Source: Azolla caroliniana
Lineage: Eukaryota; Plantae; Polypodiophyta
Length of the DNA stretch: 64,000 nucleotides
Direction: 5' to 3'
Assembly: GCA_043228905.1 (NCBI GenBank)
Contig: JBHGNT010000021.1
Coordinates: 10,726,001 to 10,790,000 of the forward strand
Within the stretch, counting starts at the first letter, position 1. Each line of letters starts with the position of its first letter. Of the stretch, positions 13,062 to 27,400 are shown piece after piece. A model generated the notes under the pieces. That model was given only the letters and a program-made list of their open reading frames with translations. It searched no databases and was not told where the DNA came from. The position numbers and the translations under genes were made by a program.

Positions 13062-16000
13062 TGTCATCTTATCTTTCTCTCTCCCATTCTCAAGTCATGA
13101 CAGTTTCAACCGAATCTCTCTCTTTTCTTCTTCTCCAACTTCTTCTTATCGTAACCTTATTCAAGAAAATCTAGGAATTTTCTCTCGCAACTATGGAGTC
13201 TATCAGTAAGCAAGAATATATGCATGTTCTCTCCGAGTTGGACATGCTAAGAACCAAATTCGTGGCACTGGAGCATGAACATCAAACATTGCTGGGAGAC
13301 CTACAACAAGTAAGTGCTGAGAAAGTACAACAATATGAAGAATTATCTCAATGGGTGCATCAATTGGAAACTACTCTATTGCAACGACAAGTGGTGGAAG
13401 TTCAAACCTCGCCGAAGGAACCCAAGATTAGTCTGCCGGCCAAGTTTGATGGTACAAGGTCTCAATTTCGTGGATTTTTAAATCAGGTACGACTTGTGAT
13501 TTGAAAAAGATTATGTGCAGAAGCAATAGAAAACCAAACACAGAAAATACGCAGGTTTAATGGAGAGCTTGAATATACACAGTACGCGGGAGAGACAGAG
13601 AGAGAGAACACACAAAAACTGTACAAAAATAATACTCAATCTGTACAAAGAAAGTGCTTAGTGAGCACTTTTATACAAGTCCATACGGACTGACAGAAGT
13701 ACTGACACGTACTTCAATGCTCATAACTGAGCTCTACGCTAACTCCCAAAATATATTCCTATGTGAAATAGCTTTCCAACAGCCTCGCGGCGCTACATCT
13801 TCTCGTTACGCACCGGTTTGCGTACCGGTTTACGCACCCGTTTTACGCACCGGTCCGGCCTAACCGATCGGCCCAAACCGATCTGGTTCTCAGTTTGCAC
13901 AACTGATTTCTCAAATGTTAAGCTTGTATCTCAACACTCCCCCTGAAGCTCAACTTGAGGTTCCATTTGCTCTTCCAGATCTGCGCTCTGGTTCCTTCTG
14001 GCTTCACGTCTCGCTCGCGCTCCTCGACCTGTTCGATTCCGCATGCCTCGACCCTTCTGGTCGGGTTGTCTGCTCCCACGACCCTTCTCAGCTTCCTTGT
14101 TGTTGCGGTGTTGGCGCCTCTTCTGCTGCCTTCTCTTCCACTTGGCCCTTGGTTGATTCAGCGTATCCGAATCAAACATCCGAACCGACTCGGCTTCCTC
14201 CGATCGGTTTTCTCTCTCGTCCAAGTTGGCTGTCTCCAACTCGTCTTCGGTCTTCTCGCCCTTGATGGTTCCGTCTCCCCCACGCTTGGTTGGCTTCGGC
14301 TCTTTCTTTCGAATGCTCCCGTTATGTCCGCTTTCAGACTCTTCTGCGGATCCGCCCTCGGCTTCTTCAGCCAATCCAAAATCGAATTCGTCATCCGACT
14401 CGGCGTCACAGTCTTTTCCGCTCCTTTCCTACTCCTTTCCGTGGTCATCATGGACGTCTTTCCCCCTCAAGTTCAGCACGTTGAGGTGAAGCAACCCAAG
14501 CGCACCCGAGAATTGCCGCAACTTGTCCAGACCAAGAGGCTTGGTGAAGATGTCGGCGTTCTGTCGATCCGTCAGAACATACTGAAGTTCGACTTCACCG
14601 GAGAGGACACGCTCACAGACGAAATGGTAGTGCACCTCAATGTGCTTAGTCCGGGCGTGGAAGACGGGGTTCTTAGCTAGCTGGATGCTGCTGAGGTTGT
14701 CGCAGTAGATTGTGGTTGGATCAGATACCTCCACCTGCAGATCCTTAAATAGCCGCTTCAACCATATGGCTTCACATGTCGCGACAACCGCTCCTCTATA
14801 CTCGGCTTTGGTGCTCGACGGTGCAACTGTCGACTGCTTCTTGTTACTCCACGCGATCGCGACATTCCCGAGAGAGAACACGAAACCGGACGTGGATTGG
14901 CGATCGTCGGCGTTTCCGGCCCAATCAGCATTGGTGTAACCGACCAACTACGCGGTAGTATCGGCCCGATATAGTAGCCCCTGGTCCTTAGTGCTACTGA
15001 CGTACCGGAGTACGCGTTGTGCACACTTAAGGTGCTCCTCGGTTGGTCGTGCCATGAACTGACTGATCACCCCGACCGGGTAGCTGAGATCTGGTCGGGT
15101 GATGGTCAAGTATATAAGGCTTCCGACTATCTGTCGGAACCTCGTCGGGTCGCACACCTTTCCGGAATCGGGGCGAAGCTTGACGGTTCTATCTAGAGGA
15201 GTCGAGATGGACTTACAGTCGGCCATCCTGAATTTGAAGAGCATACTCAGCACGTAATGCCGTTGGCTGATCAGTATGCCTTCGGGGGTGCGGATCACTT
15301 CGATCCCGGGGAAGTAATGAAGGTCCCCCAGATCCTTCATGTCAAATGATGCTGCAAGCTGGAGCTTCATGCGGTCAATCTCACCTAGGTCAGCGCCGGT
15401 GATGACCAAGTCATCAACATAAAGTAAAATGCTAACCGGCCCGAGTTGACCTTTTCGGATGAACAATGAGGAGTCCGATTTTGATGTCGCAAAGCCCAAC
15501 CGACGCAATCGTTGCGTGATCCTCGCGTTCCAGGCACGCAGGGCTTGCTTTAGTCCGTAAAGGGACTTCTTCAATCGGCACACCGCCGAAGTGTTCGTTC
15601 CGGAGTGAAATCCGGGGGGCTGTAGCATTTACACCTGTTCCTCAAGCTCACCTTGCAGGAATGCATTCCTTACATCCATCTGATGTAAGTTTCACCCCGT
15701 CAAACATAACGTCACGGCTCACGCGTGCTTGTTTGGTGCGAGGGTTATAACACTTATAACCCTTCTGCTCGTCCGAGTAGCCGACCAAGATACACTTCTC
15801 GGCTTTCAGGTCCAACGTCCTCCGTTTCTCCTTCGGTACATGCACATACGCAATGCTACTGAAAAATCTCAAGTGTCGTAGATTCGGCTTCCTTCCGAAA
15901 TACTACTCATGTGCCGACACTTTGTCACCAATCCGATTCTGGATGTATACTGCGGTTCGTACCGCCTCGGCCCAATAGAACTTGGGCAAGCTCTTCTCCT

Positions 16001-18699
16001 CCAACATTGCCCGTGCCGCTTCTACAATTGACCGGTTCTTCCTCTCGGGCACGCCGTTTTGCTCCGGCGTGTATCTACAACTGAATTCTCGCCGAATTCC
16101 CATCTGTTGCAGATAGCCGTTGAATTGCCCGGAAAATGTATTCTTTTCCGCCATCCGACTACAAGCACTTGATCTTCGTCCTGTTTCCATTTCCACGAAC
16201 CCTTTGAGGTTCCGGAAATAGTCGAAGACTTTACTCTTCTTCTCGATGAGGTAGATCCACATGTGCCGCGTATAGTCGTCGATGAAGGAGACAAAATATC
16301 GACTCCCGCCAAGACTAACATTCTGTGTTGGCCCCCATACATCGGAATGTATCAAGTCGGTGTTACTTCCCTAGCTGGTAGGTTTCACAAATTTGCGCCT
16401 TTCGGCCACTAAAATTAGGCAATCCGAACACCACCTATTTCGATTGCAGGTCCAGAAGCCGCTGATAGTTGACGTGGCCTATCCGCTTGTGCCATAAGTC
16501 GATATCAGACTCGATTTTTTGTCCTTTTGCGAACATTGCGGTGCCACTGTCACTAGAGTCGAGGATAAACATTCTCCCGTGTCTACGCCCTTGCGCAATA
16601 ACTTGGCCTTCTTCTTCGATGAAGCACCCGAGATGCGTGAACTGGACTTGCATCCCCTGGTCAATGATCTGCCTGACCGACACCAAATTCTTCGTGATTG
16701 TGGGGACGTGTAACACGTTCATGAGTTTCCCTTTCTGCCTGACATGGCTCAGGGGAACCTCACCGACATTCGCGATTGGATGCGGAGTGTCGTTTCCGGT
16801 TGCGATTACTCCCGACTGCATTGGTTTCTCAAGGTATGAGAGAGAACCACTCCTTGTGGCACGTCATGTGGTTTGACGCCCTAGAGTCGACATACTACAC
16901 CTTGTTCGATTTCGGGGACCACACCTTGTTCGATTTTGGGGTGGACATCTTCATCGATTTCACTTCGTGTCTCGTCACGAAGGCTGACCGTTTTCCGGCT
17001 TTTCCGGACCTTTCGACGTAGTGCAATCGCTGCCGATTTCCTTTGTCGGTCTATCCGAAACATGATCTGGATCCGGTCCTCTCCAAATCAGCACACTTCT
17101 TCTAGCACTCGCTCTCCTTGTGGCCTTTTTTTCCACAATACCAACATTTTATGACAGATTTCCCTTGCCGATTCTTGTCGTCTCGACTCCCCCTGTTTCC
17201 AGAGGGTTCGGAATTGCTGTCGGCATCACTTCGGTGCCTTTTTCCGTGATCCCGTCGGCCGCCTCCATTATGCACCGACTTGCCTTGTTCGCCACGACCA
17301 CGGAGCCTATCTCCCTCCGTGTACAACATCTTGCTGTCAGCATGCGTGCTCGTCGACGCACCTGCGTGGTTCTCCTCTATAAGGAGCATCAACTGCGAGT
17401 CGAAAAACGACGTCGTATTCTCCCGTGTACACACAGCAGTTCGGAACGCTCCAAACTTTGACGCCAATCCCCCAAGATAGATCTGCACCATCTTGCCTTC
17501 CTCAACGTTCACATCGATGGAGGCTAAGGAGTCGCATATATCTTTGATCTTCGAGGTGTAATCAGCCACCGACAAATGGCGTCGTCGTAGGTTGCTCAGC
17601 TCCTGTCGGAGTTGAAGCTTTCTAGCTGTAGTGCTTGCGGCAAAAATCTTCTTCAGATTTCCCCAAGCATCTTTTGGTGTTTTTGCATCCCAAATGTAGC
17701 TTAGGAGCTGTTCGCCCACACAAGATGCGAAGCAGTACAGTACTTTGCTCGCCGACTGTTCCCACGCCGGGAAATCTCTTTGTGTCGATTCGGGTGTTGT
17801 GTCATTTGCTCCGTCGACATAGCTCCAGTAACCGTGCCCGAGCAGGTATTGGTGCATCTTGTAGGACCAAGACGCGTAGTTGTTTCTGTCGAGCTTCTCG
17901 GTAGGAAGCGAGCTAGCCATGCCTCTATCCATTTTGTTTTTCCTGTTCTTCTTGGTTAGTTTTCTTTTGAAGCTATGTCGGTTGCCGAGGTTCTCAACCC
18001 TCGCGCTCTGATACCATGAAAAAGATTATGTTCGGAGGCAATAGAAAACCGAACACAAAAATTACGCAGGTTTAATGGAGAGCTTGAATATACATAGTAC
18101 GCGGGAGAGACAGAGAGAGAGAACACATAGAAACTAAATTCAAAAAACATACTCAATCTGTACATAGAATGTGCTCAGTGAGCACTTTTATACAAGTCCA
18201 TACAGACTGAAAGAAGTATTGACACGTACTTCAATGCTATGCGGAATATCTTTCCAACGGCCTCGCGGTTTACACACCGCTACAGCTTCTCGTTATGCAG
18301 CGGTTTGCGTACCAGTTTATGCACCCGTTTTATGCACCGGTCCGGCCTAACCGATCGGCCCAAACCGATCCGGTGCTCGGCTTGCACAGCTGATTCGGCC
18401 AATGTTGAGCTTGTATCTCAACATGATTAAATTGCATCCTAGCTGTTACCCAAACTGATGTTGCTCGTGTGGGTCTAGTTGGTACCTTGTTAACGGGTAC
18501 CGCATTAGCGTGGTTTGCACCACTCCTAGAGAAGCACTCACCATTATTAGAAGATTTTGAAGGGTTTATTAATGAGTTCCAAGCCAACTTTGGAGACACT
18601 GATAGTATGAGGACCGCAATAAACAAAATTCGGCGATTACGCCAAGGAGATCGTACTGCTTCCACTTATGCTGCAAATTTTCGCCTTCTAGCATGGGAT
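13062..18699 (+). mobile_element. Third Tcn1-like fragment: LTR end (to 13102) and gag 13193-13501 plus 18424-18699, split by a Copia and cut by a Gypsy
   Basis: The LTR end matches 11195-11234. Gag EPKISLPAKFDGTRSQFRGFLNQVRLVI continues after the Copia as GLVGTLLTGTALAWFAPLLE. Confidence 0.82.
13502..18423 (-). mobile_element. Copia LTR retrotransposon (LTRs 13502-13936 and 18017-18423; TSD TGATT), degenerate, with an internal deletion near 15690
   Basis: Perfect 5-bp TSD, iMet PBS (rc at 18005-18016) and PPT (rc at 13937-13948). Gag 17102-17932 with CWYCGKKGH; INT HSDVWGP; RT LYVDDLVI; RNase H IYCDN and RTKHIEVHYHF. Confidence 0.95.
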
Positions 18700-18760
18700 T
18701 GTTAACCAGTCGACAAGGAAAGTCCAGAATGGAAGAAGGGGATAATTAATAACCGGGAAC

Positions 18761-18800
<40 letters not shown>

Positions 18801-19658
18801 TATTATGATTTGAGAAGCGAATGGACGGACCCAGAATTGGTATGCCGATCTGGATCCGGACCGGTTCGTAGCCGGTTGCCGGTTGGCACCGGTTTGTACC
18901 TAGAGCCGGAGACCTATAAAAGGGCCCGATGAGATTGCAATCATTAGCGGATAATTAATAAGAGTGCTGTTGTTTTGTATCTTAATCAAGTTAATTGTCG
19001 TTTTGTGCTAAATATAATTCATCTTACGCGTTATGACTAACGATCCTACCGCTTAGTAACCAATTAGGGTTTCATTAATAGTCGGTCCAACTTTATTTCA
19101 CCGCAACACCCCTTTGGTGAAGTGTCTCAAGGGACACCCCATGTTAGGCCATTGCCCGGCCCTAGCGATAACAAAGTTTTTGGCGACCACGATTCCTGCA
19201 CAAACGCAGCGAACAACGACGGGCATGGATGAGTAGACCAACAAATGACCCGGTTATGGAGTGAGTGAGAAGACTTGCCGAACGATTGCGAAAGCGAGAG
19301 GCTTTCCAGCAGGCGGCAGAAGAGATCCGTGCGGATCGGTCATTTTCCAAAGTAATCCGGCGAGTGGCCGCGGAGTCACTCCACGGGCAACAGAATTCCC
19401 AACCGGACGAAGGAAGCAGCTTGAGCAGTCTCCGGGACGCGGAATCCATTCTTCAGGCACTAGCGACAGGGGGAGGCGATTCGGAATTGTTCTCGGCCTT
19501 CGAATCGGATTCGGACGGTGAATGCAACGCCCATTCGTATTACCGTAGTAGCCACGACACCCCAGACGGACCGGAGGACGAACAGTCGAATACCTTGTCG
19601 ACACCAGAACCAGAGTTAACAAAACTGGAAGCCCCAGACCGGCAAGTGGTGGAAAAAC

Positions 19659-22600
19659 ATGATTACCTTCCGGCAAGGAAAGACTAAAGTAAGGGTACCT
19701 ACCCACCCTCGATCAAGTATCGGCAACGAGCTGGCACCGCTATATGTGGAAGGTATAAACATGCTCGAGGGACTTGCGGACGAAGAGGTCAACCAATACT
19801 TAGAAGAAAACCCAAAAATTGTACCCCTATTTGAAATCGATGTGGCAGAAGCGGTGTCACCATATATAACGTAATTGGACGATGCCGTCAAGGAACCAGA
19901 TCAGGAAGCTATCAGAGAATTACGGCAAGCATAGGAAGCTTTGCAGAGGGAGATGGCGGTATCCCAACGCGTGAAAGCATCCCAGTTAGAGGAAGTGAAC
20001 TTAGGAACCGGGGACGACGGAAGACCGGTTCATATTGCTAAGGAAATGTCACTAGACAACAAAACGGTGATGATCACTTTATGAAAGGAATTCCGGGACG
20101 TATTCGCCTAGTCCTATGAAGACATACTGCAGGTCGATCCTCAGTTGTACCAACACCAGTTACACCTCAGTAAGGATGCCAAACCGGTAGCACAACAGTG
20201 TTACCGGATGAACCCTAACTATGTGGCAAAGGTTAAAGAGGAAATTGACAAGTTGCTATGGGTCGGTTTTATCCGACCAGTGAAAAAAGCTACATGGTTA
20301 AGTCCCATAGTCGTCGTGCCAAAAAAGAATGGTAAGATCCGGGTGTGCGTCGATTACCGGAAACTCAATGCGGCAACAGTGACTGACGCCTTTCCACTTG
20401 CATTTCCGGATGGAGTGCTGGATGGAGTGTTGGACGCGGTAGCCGGTCATGAAGTGTATAGCTTCCTAGACGGTTTCAACGGCTACAATCAAATAAGGAT
20501 GCCCCCTGACGACCAAGACAAGACGGTGTTCGTCACCGAATGGGGAGTTTTCGTCGCAGTGGTAATGATGTTCGGGCTCAAGATTGCGCCGATGACCTTC
20601 CAATGAATAATCATGGAAATATTTGGTGAGTTAATTCCGACATTCATGCAGGTATTCCTGGATGACTTCGCCGTGTATAGTCGAGAAGGAGAGCATCTCC
20701 AACACCTCCAGCTATGTCTTGAGAAATGCAGGAGTTATCAGTTAAGCCTGAATCCAGCAAAGTGTGTGTTCGGAGTAACAAGCGGTGCATTGTTGGGCCA
20801 TCTTGTCAGCAAGGACGGGATTGCGGTAGACCCCGATAAGGTCAAAGCAATCTTAGAGGCACCGACACCATCCATGGCCGAAGCTTTGAGTCGGTTGCTA
20901 GGGAAAATTTGGTGGCACAACTGGATGCTCCGGTATTTGGCCGATCTTGTTACACCGTTGCATGCCGTGGTTCACCGGACATCGTTTCAATGGACAAATA
21001 CGGAGGATGAGGCTTACCGGGCACTAAAAGTACTGCTATCACAAGCACCGGTGGTGAAACCACCAGACTGGTCAAAAGAATTCCACGTGTTCATTGATGC
21101 GTCCGACATAGCAATCGGCAACGCACTAATGCAATGGACCGAACCGAAATGGTATCGACCGGTTTATTATGCTAGCCAGAAGCTATCCCAGGCGGAACGA
21201 AATTATTCAACAACGGAAAGAGAAGCCTTAGGGATGATTTACAGTGTTACCAAGTTCAGACACTATTTATTAGGAAGGAAATTTTCATTTCATGTCGACC
21301 ACTGAGCGCTATTATATTTGGTCTCAAAGGCATCGCTCACCGGCAAGTTGGCCCGATGGACATTGTTGCTACAAGAGTTTGAGTTCAAAGTATATCACCG
21401 GCCAGGAATACAACATGTGGTTGCTGATTATCTAAGCCGGTTATATTTCGGCGAGACCGGTGATGGAGTCCCGAATGAGTTTCCGGATGCCGAGTTGTTT
21501 AAAGTAACAACAGAAATGGCAGCCGATAGCACAGTAGTCGACGAAGACAAGTGGCTAACCAACATGCATCAATTCCTAAGCATGGGACTCCGACCAAAGG
21601 AGATGAACCGGGATGAGCGGAAGCAGTTAGTGGTACAAAGCCGACATTTTTGTCTACTACAGGACACCCTGTACCACAAAGGCGTGGATGGCATATGGTG
21701 GTGAGCAGTGCGAAGCGACGAAAAGGACGCAATATTACAAGAAGCGCACTGTGGCGTTGCCGGAGGGCACTATGCCGGGGACACTATGGCAAGAAAGATA
21801 TGGCACATCGGGCTATGGTGGCCAACGACACTAAAGGACTCGGTTCGGTATGCAAAAGTATGTGATTTATGTCAACAGATAGGCCAACCAACAGAACAGG
21901 CAAGGATGCCTGACCAGCCGGTGCTACCCTTAGAGCCATTTTAGAAATGGGGGCTCGACTTCGTTGGGCCGTTTAAACCTCTGGCAATGGGAACCGGCAA
22001 CAGATATGTTATAGTCGCCACAGATTATTGCACCAAGTGGGTAGAAGCTAAGGCGTTGCGGGACAACACGGCGGCATCAATGGCAAAGTTCTTATATGAG
22101 TACATCTGGTGTCAATATGGATGCCCGATCGAGTTAATTAGCGACCAAGGCGGACATTTTCTCGGTCAAGTAGTGGAGAACTTAAGAACATTCTATGCAG
22201 TGGTACACAAGCACAATGCCCCTTATTATCCACAGGCCAATGGACTGGCCGAATCCACAAACAAAACGCTCCAAAATATCCTATGAATGATCGTCAATGA
22301 AAACCAGACTGATTGGGACACGAAGCTGCATAGTGCACTATGGGCATACCAGACGACATACAAAATGAGCATCCGGTCAACGCCATTCCGGTTAGCATTT
22401 GGGCTGTAATTAGTAATGCCGATCGAATTTCAGGTTCCGATTTTGCGGATACAGGTTAGAGAACGATTAAGTGAAAAAGAATCAGAAAAAATCCGGTTAG
22501 CTACATTATGCGAACTCGAGGAGCACCGGATTGCGAGTCTCATGCAGTTGGAACTGGAGCAACGACGAAGGAAGGCGTTTGTCGATCGGCACTGGAAGGG

Positions 22601-22909
22601 CAATGAGACGATGTTCGGGATCGGCAGGCCGGTAGTCGTGTTCCAAACCCGGATGGGTCAGATGCTAGGAAAGCTACGTTTCCGGTGGACCCATATTGGA
22701 TAACACGGGAATTCAATGGTTCATACCAGCTCGGAATGCTCGACGGTGAGATACTGGGCAAATGGGTCAATGGGTTTCGACTCAAACAGTATTGTGGACC
22801 TATGCCACAGAATCCGTTTGAGCAGACGGAGGCTGATACAATAGTAGGAAGCAGGAAAAAAGTACCCGACAGTGAGGCAGAGCCGGCGTTACCGGATAAC
22901 GATAAATAG
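19659..22909 (+). pseudogene. Gypsy pol (RT, RNase H, integrase); most of gag and the protease appear deleted upstream
   Basis: WLSPIVVVPKKNGKIRVCVDYRKLN, FLDGFNGYNQI, VFLDDF, FIDASD, YSTTEREALGM, AHCGVAGGHY, ISDQGGHF, YYPQANGLAE; multiple stops. Confidence 0.93.
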
Positions 22910-24428
22910 GTGGCCGACAAACGTGAATATTGGAAAAAACCGGGATACGGACCCGGTGCTTCCAGTCACCATGTAGAGGTGAGGAGTGTACAGGCACTTT
23001 GAAAGGTGTGATGGGTGGCTAATTAAAGCCCTTTAGAAAAGCGTACCACGTGTCAGCCGACTGCTATATTAGTACAGGACGTGCATGTGCAGGAATCAAG
23101 AAAAGGCGTCACACATGGAGAAAGAAAACCTTCGCCGTGTAGAGTCCCTTTCATTTCGCGAACACAAAGATCTTAGCGCACACAGGCGATTACGAGTGAT
23201 CAGGCGCACCAATCTTACCACAACCTACCGACTTCGACGACAACATGGAATGCATGGTACTCTCAGAAGCGGCTAAGAAATGGCTGAAGCAACACGGTCT
23301 AGAGGGATTCTTGAGGATAGTCGAAACCCCGCCGCACGGAGATGCGGAAAATGTCGTCAAAGACATCGACACGGAGGTCATCACCGAGGAAGCCATCCGA
23401 GCCCTAACCTTCTTACCGGAAGGGGGAATATACTCGATCGACAACCCTTCACAAGAGCTGCTGACGAGGTATTTCGGTGAATACTCCCTGGGCAGCAAGG
23501 CATACCACACGCAAGGCAGTGAAGACATATTGTTTTGGGAAATTGCTTGGGTACTCCATGAGTATGGTCATGTATACCCCCGACCATTGGTTATGCCCAA
23601 GAATAGAGCCGGTTTGATCATAGCTACCTACGAGGGAGTACAGGTGGATTGGCCGGTGTTGAGAATCAAGCTCAACTTGGTCTAGTGTGTGAACTCACCA
23701 CCGTGAGAGTGAATAGACACTCCAACGGTCAAGAGTCAGCATTAAGTCACCTCTTTGTATTCTAGCATTTAGTATGAGTCATAGAATCTTATTCTATGAC
23801 ACATAACTTATGAGCTTTCACATTCCCCATGCTCCATGAGCCTTGTAGTTAATGAAGAGAGAGGGTGACTACATAAAGCACTCTCCTCCCACCTTGTATA
23901 ATGTTGAGCCTTGTAGTTAATGAAGAGAGAGGGTGACTACATAAAGCACTCTCCTCCCACCTTGTATAATGTTGAGTCTTTCTCCTTTGTCAATATACTT
24001 TTACCTTGCGTATTCTCTGCGTTCACTCTCTCTCTCTCTCTCTTACACACAAACATAACTCACATCTCTTCCGCTTCACAAGAATCCATATGTTGATTCT
24101 TTACATGGTATCAGAGCGATTTGGTAGCTCGATCTAGCCCATTTGCCTCATCGTGATCGTGTGTTGTGCTCTATGCCGACGACTGAGAACCGGCTCATAG
24201 CTATCATAGCTTCACTACATAGCTCGCATTCGAAGAGAGAAGAAGAAGAAGAAGAATCGACATAATGAATACTCAAATGGGGAGCACTCTCCCTACCGAG
24301 AAGTTGGATCGAAACAACTTCGCATCTTGGGAGTACAAGATGCACCAATACCTTGTCGGACAAGGCTATTGGAGCTACATCAAAGGAGCGCATGAAGACC
24401 GACCCGCCGAAGCGGCTCCCGGATACGC

Positions 24429-27400
24429 TGTCGCGATGTTTCATGGGTACGTGTAGATTTCCAGGCAGGACCACAACGGTCTTGGACTAGGGAGGGACGG
24501 AGCGTAGGAAGCCGACTTCTCTCCGGTCTCGGCTGCACTGGTTGTGGCGCGAACCGGAGCGATTCCGGACGCGTACCGGTGGCTACCAAACGTGAGAGAG
24601 GAAGAGAGGGAGAGAACACGCGTGCAACACCGACACAACGCACACCTATTATGTACAGGAAACACAGGGAAGAGAAAGCACCTGACACCGACAGAGACAA
24701 AAATATCCACAACCCTGTATATATATATATGATTACAAGAGTGAGTTACAACTCCGACTCTGAGCCGGACTGAGGTAGGTTAGGTCGCAACGGCAGTCTG
24801 CCGCTAAGCCGCCGTCGGGGAGCTCTCGGGCTCATCGCGCCGAGCGGGGTCTTGCACAGGAGGCCGAGTTGAAGCAACCTACAATAGGGAGAGATACAAC
24901 CCCGGCCGTGATTCCGGACGCATGGAAGAAGAAGAGTTAACCTAATAGCTTTCCCGCCATAGCTGCCGCTCAACTTCCCTAGAAGGAGAAGGAGCCTAGA
25001 AAAAAAAGAAGGAAAGAATGTAACTAACCCTAGAAACGAAGCACAAAATGGTATACCCTTACGACTCAAAAATGCGCAACCCTTCTACAAGGGACCATCC
25101 CTTCCTTTTATAGAACAAGGAGAGGGATGCGTTACAATGTGGGATAAATCCCGATTTACATGGCCTTCTTCGTCCCGACTTAACTCCTATTATTCACACA
25201 ATTATACGAGGGTGAGTGCACATGGTGCACCCAGTCGATGTAGCCAATATTTCCCGGTTTCCGCCTCTGGCCGAAATTCTTCATGACATCCGCCCCCACC
25301 TAACCGCACGTCCACCGGTACGTGCCAAATCTGATGAAGGGTGAGAGATTTCGGCCGGTGAGAAACTGGTCTTCCGTAATCTGTATCCCGGCTCACCGCT
25401 GGTTTGAATCGTCGGCTTCGGTTCTTCCTTCGTGCTTATGTCCCCGTAGGCTCGTTCGACCCGTCGATGGGTCCTTCGCTGCGATATCCGTAGTACGCGT
25501 ACTTCCGCTGGCCTTGGTTTGGCCATATGCACGCTCCGCTCTCCGCCGTATGCCCGATGTCCTCCGCTCTAGGAACGCCCGTAGTGGCCTGCCTGGCCTC
25601 CATCAACCATTCGCGTGGTCCTGGTCGTTGTCCCGCATTGTTCCCCACTGCCTTCGTCCCCTCGCCGCCCACTTCCTTCTCCTTGGTCTTACGTTGCCAC
25701 GCCGGCTCGAACCGCCATAGTCTCTGGAACGGTGTGGAGGATCCTTCTCTGGCCTTCTACGTGCTACCTCCGAACCGTGCAACCCATCTTACCGACTCCC
25801 GATCCACTATCTCGTGTCGTCGGGTCCCGTTCTTTTGTCACCACCGATCTCTCCTATAGGACTCACGCCGGCACTTGCTAGCCTGCCGCCGGAGTCTCCG
25901 GATCGGTGTGAGTGTCTTCGTGGGACTTCCTCTTTCGCCGTTTTCCACCCCTGTCCCCTCGCCGCCACCGTAAGTATCTTGGTCTTACGTCGACCGTGTT
26001 GCCGACTGCCGAAGTCTCTAGATCCAGTGTCAAGGATCCTCCTAGGGCCTCCGATTTGTCTTCCCGACCCTGCCAGTCGGGCTCGTATTTGGTTCGTGGC
26101 CGCCTCGCCGGTCTCATACCTCCTTGCCGTTCGTCGCTTCCGGTCGTCCGATCATGTTCTCCTGCCGTCACCGTCCATCTCCCTAGGTCTCACGCTGGCT
26201 CTTGCTAGCCTGCCATCAGAGTCTCCGGATCGGTGTGAGTGTCTTTGTGGGACTTCCTCTTTCGCCGTTTTCCGCCCATGTCCCCTCGCTGCCACCGTCA
26301 GTATCTTGGTCTTACGTCGACCGCGTTGCCAACTACCGAAGTCTCTAGATCCGGTGTGAAGGATCCTCCTAGGGCCCGTATTCGGTTCGTGGCTGCCTCG
26401 CCGGCCTCATACCTCCTTGCCATTCGTCGTTTCCGGTCGTCCGATCACGTTCTCCTGCCGTCACCGTCCATCTCCCTAGGTCTCATGCCGGCTCTTGCTA
26501 GCCTGCCGCAGGAGTCTCCGGATCGGTGTGAGTGTCTTCGTGGGACTTCCTCTTTCGCCGTTTTCCGCCCATGTCCCCTCGCCGCCACCGTCAGTATCTT
26601 GGTCTTACGTCGACCGTGTTGCCGACTTCCGAAGTCTCTAGATCCGGTGTGAAGGATCCTCCTAGGGCCTCTGATTTGTCTTCCCGACCCTGCCAGTCGG
26701 GCCCGTATTCGGTTCGTGGCCGCCTCGCCGGCCTCATACCTTCTTTCGCTCTGCTTTCTGTCGTCTGATCACGTTCACCTGCCGCCACCGTCCTTTCCTA
26801 TAGGACTCACGCCGACACTCGGGCCGACCGCCGGATCGGTGTGAGGATCTTCGTGGGACCTGTCGTCTCGGTCTTCAGTTGCCCATCTTGCCGCCGCCAC
26901 CGTTTTTCTCTCTAGGTCTCACGCCGGACCTCGTTGCCGGCTATCGGAGTGTCTAGAACCGGTCCGGTGTGTGTAAGGTCGCTGTAGCACAGCTTGCTGT
27001 TTTCCTGACCTCCGGGTCGGCCTCCTCGGCTAGTCGCATTCTCCTGCCGACACCGATCTCTCCTATAGGACTCACACCGGCACTCAGGCCGAAAGCCGGA
27101 TCGGTGTGAGGATCTCCGTGGACCGCCCATCTGCAGTTTTCCACCCTTGTACCCTCGCCGCCACCATCAGTATCTTGGTCTTACGTCGATCGCGTTGCCG
27201 ACTGCCGAAGTCTCTAGATCTCGTTTGAAGGATCCTCCTTGGGCTCCTCGTATCCTTGACCCTTCTCCCGGTTCTTCCTTCCTTCGCAAGCCGAGAGGGT
27301 GGCTCGCTCCACACCCTCTCCTGTGGTACCGACGTACCGTGTTCTCAGCCTCTTCGTAGGCCTGTTCTCTTCCTCCCTCCCGGAATGGTTATCCGGGAGT

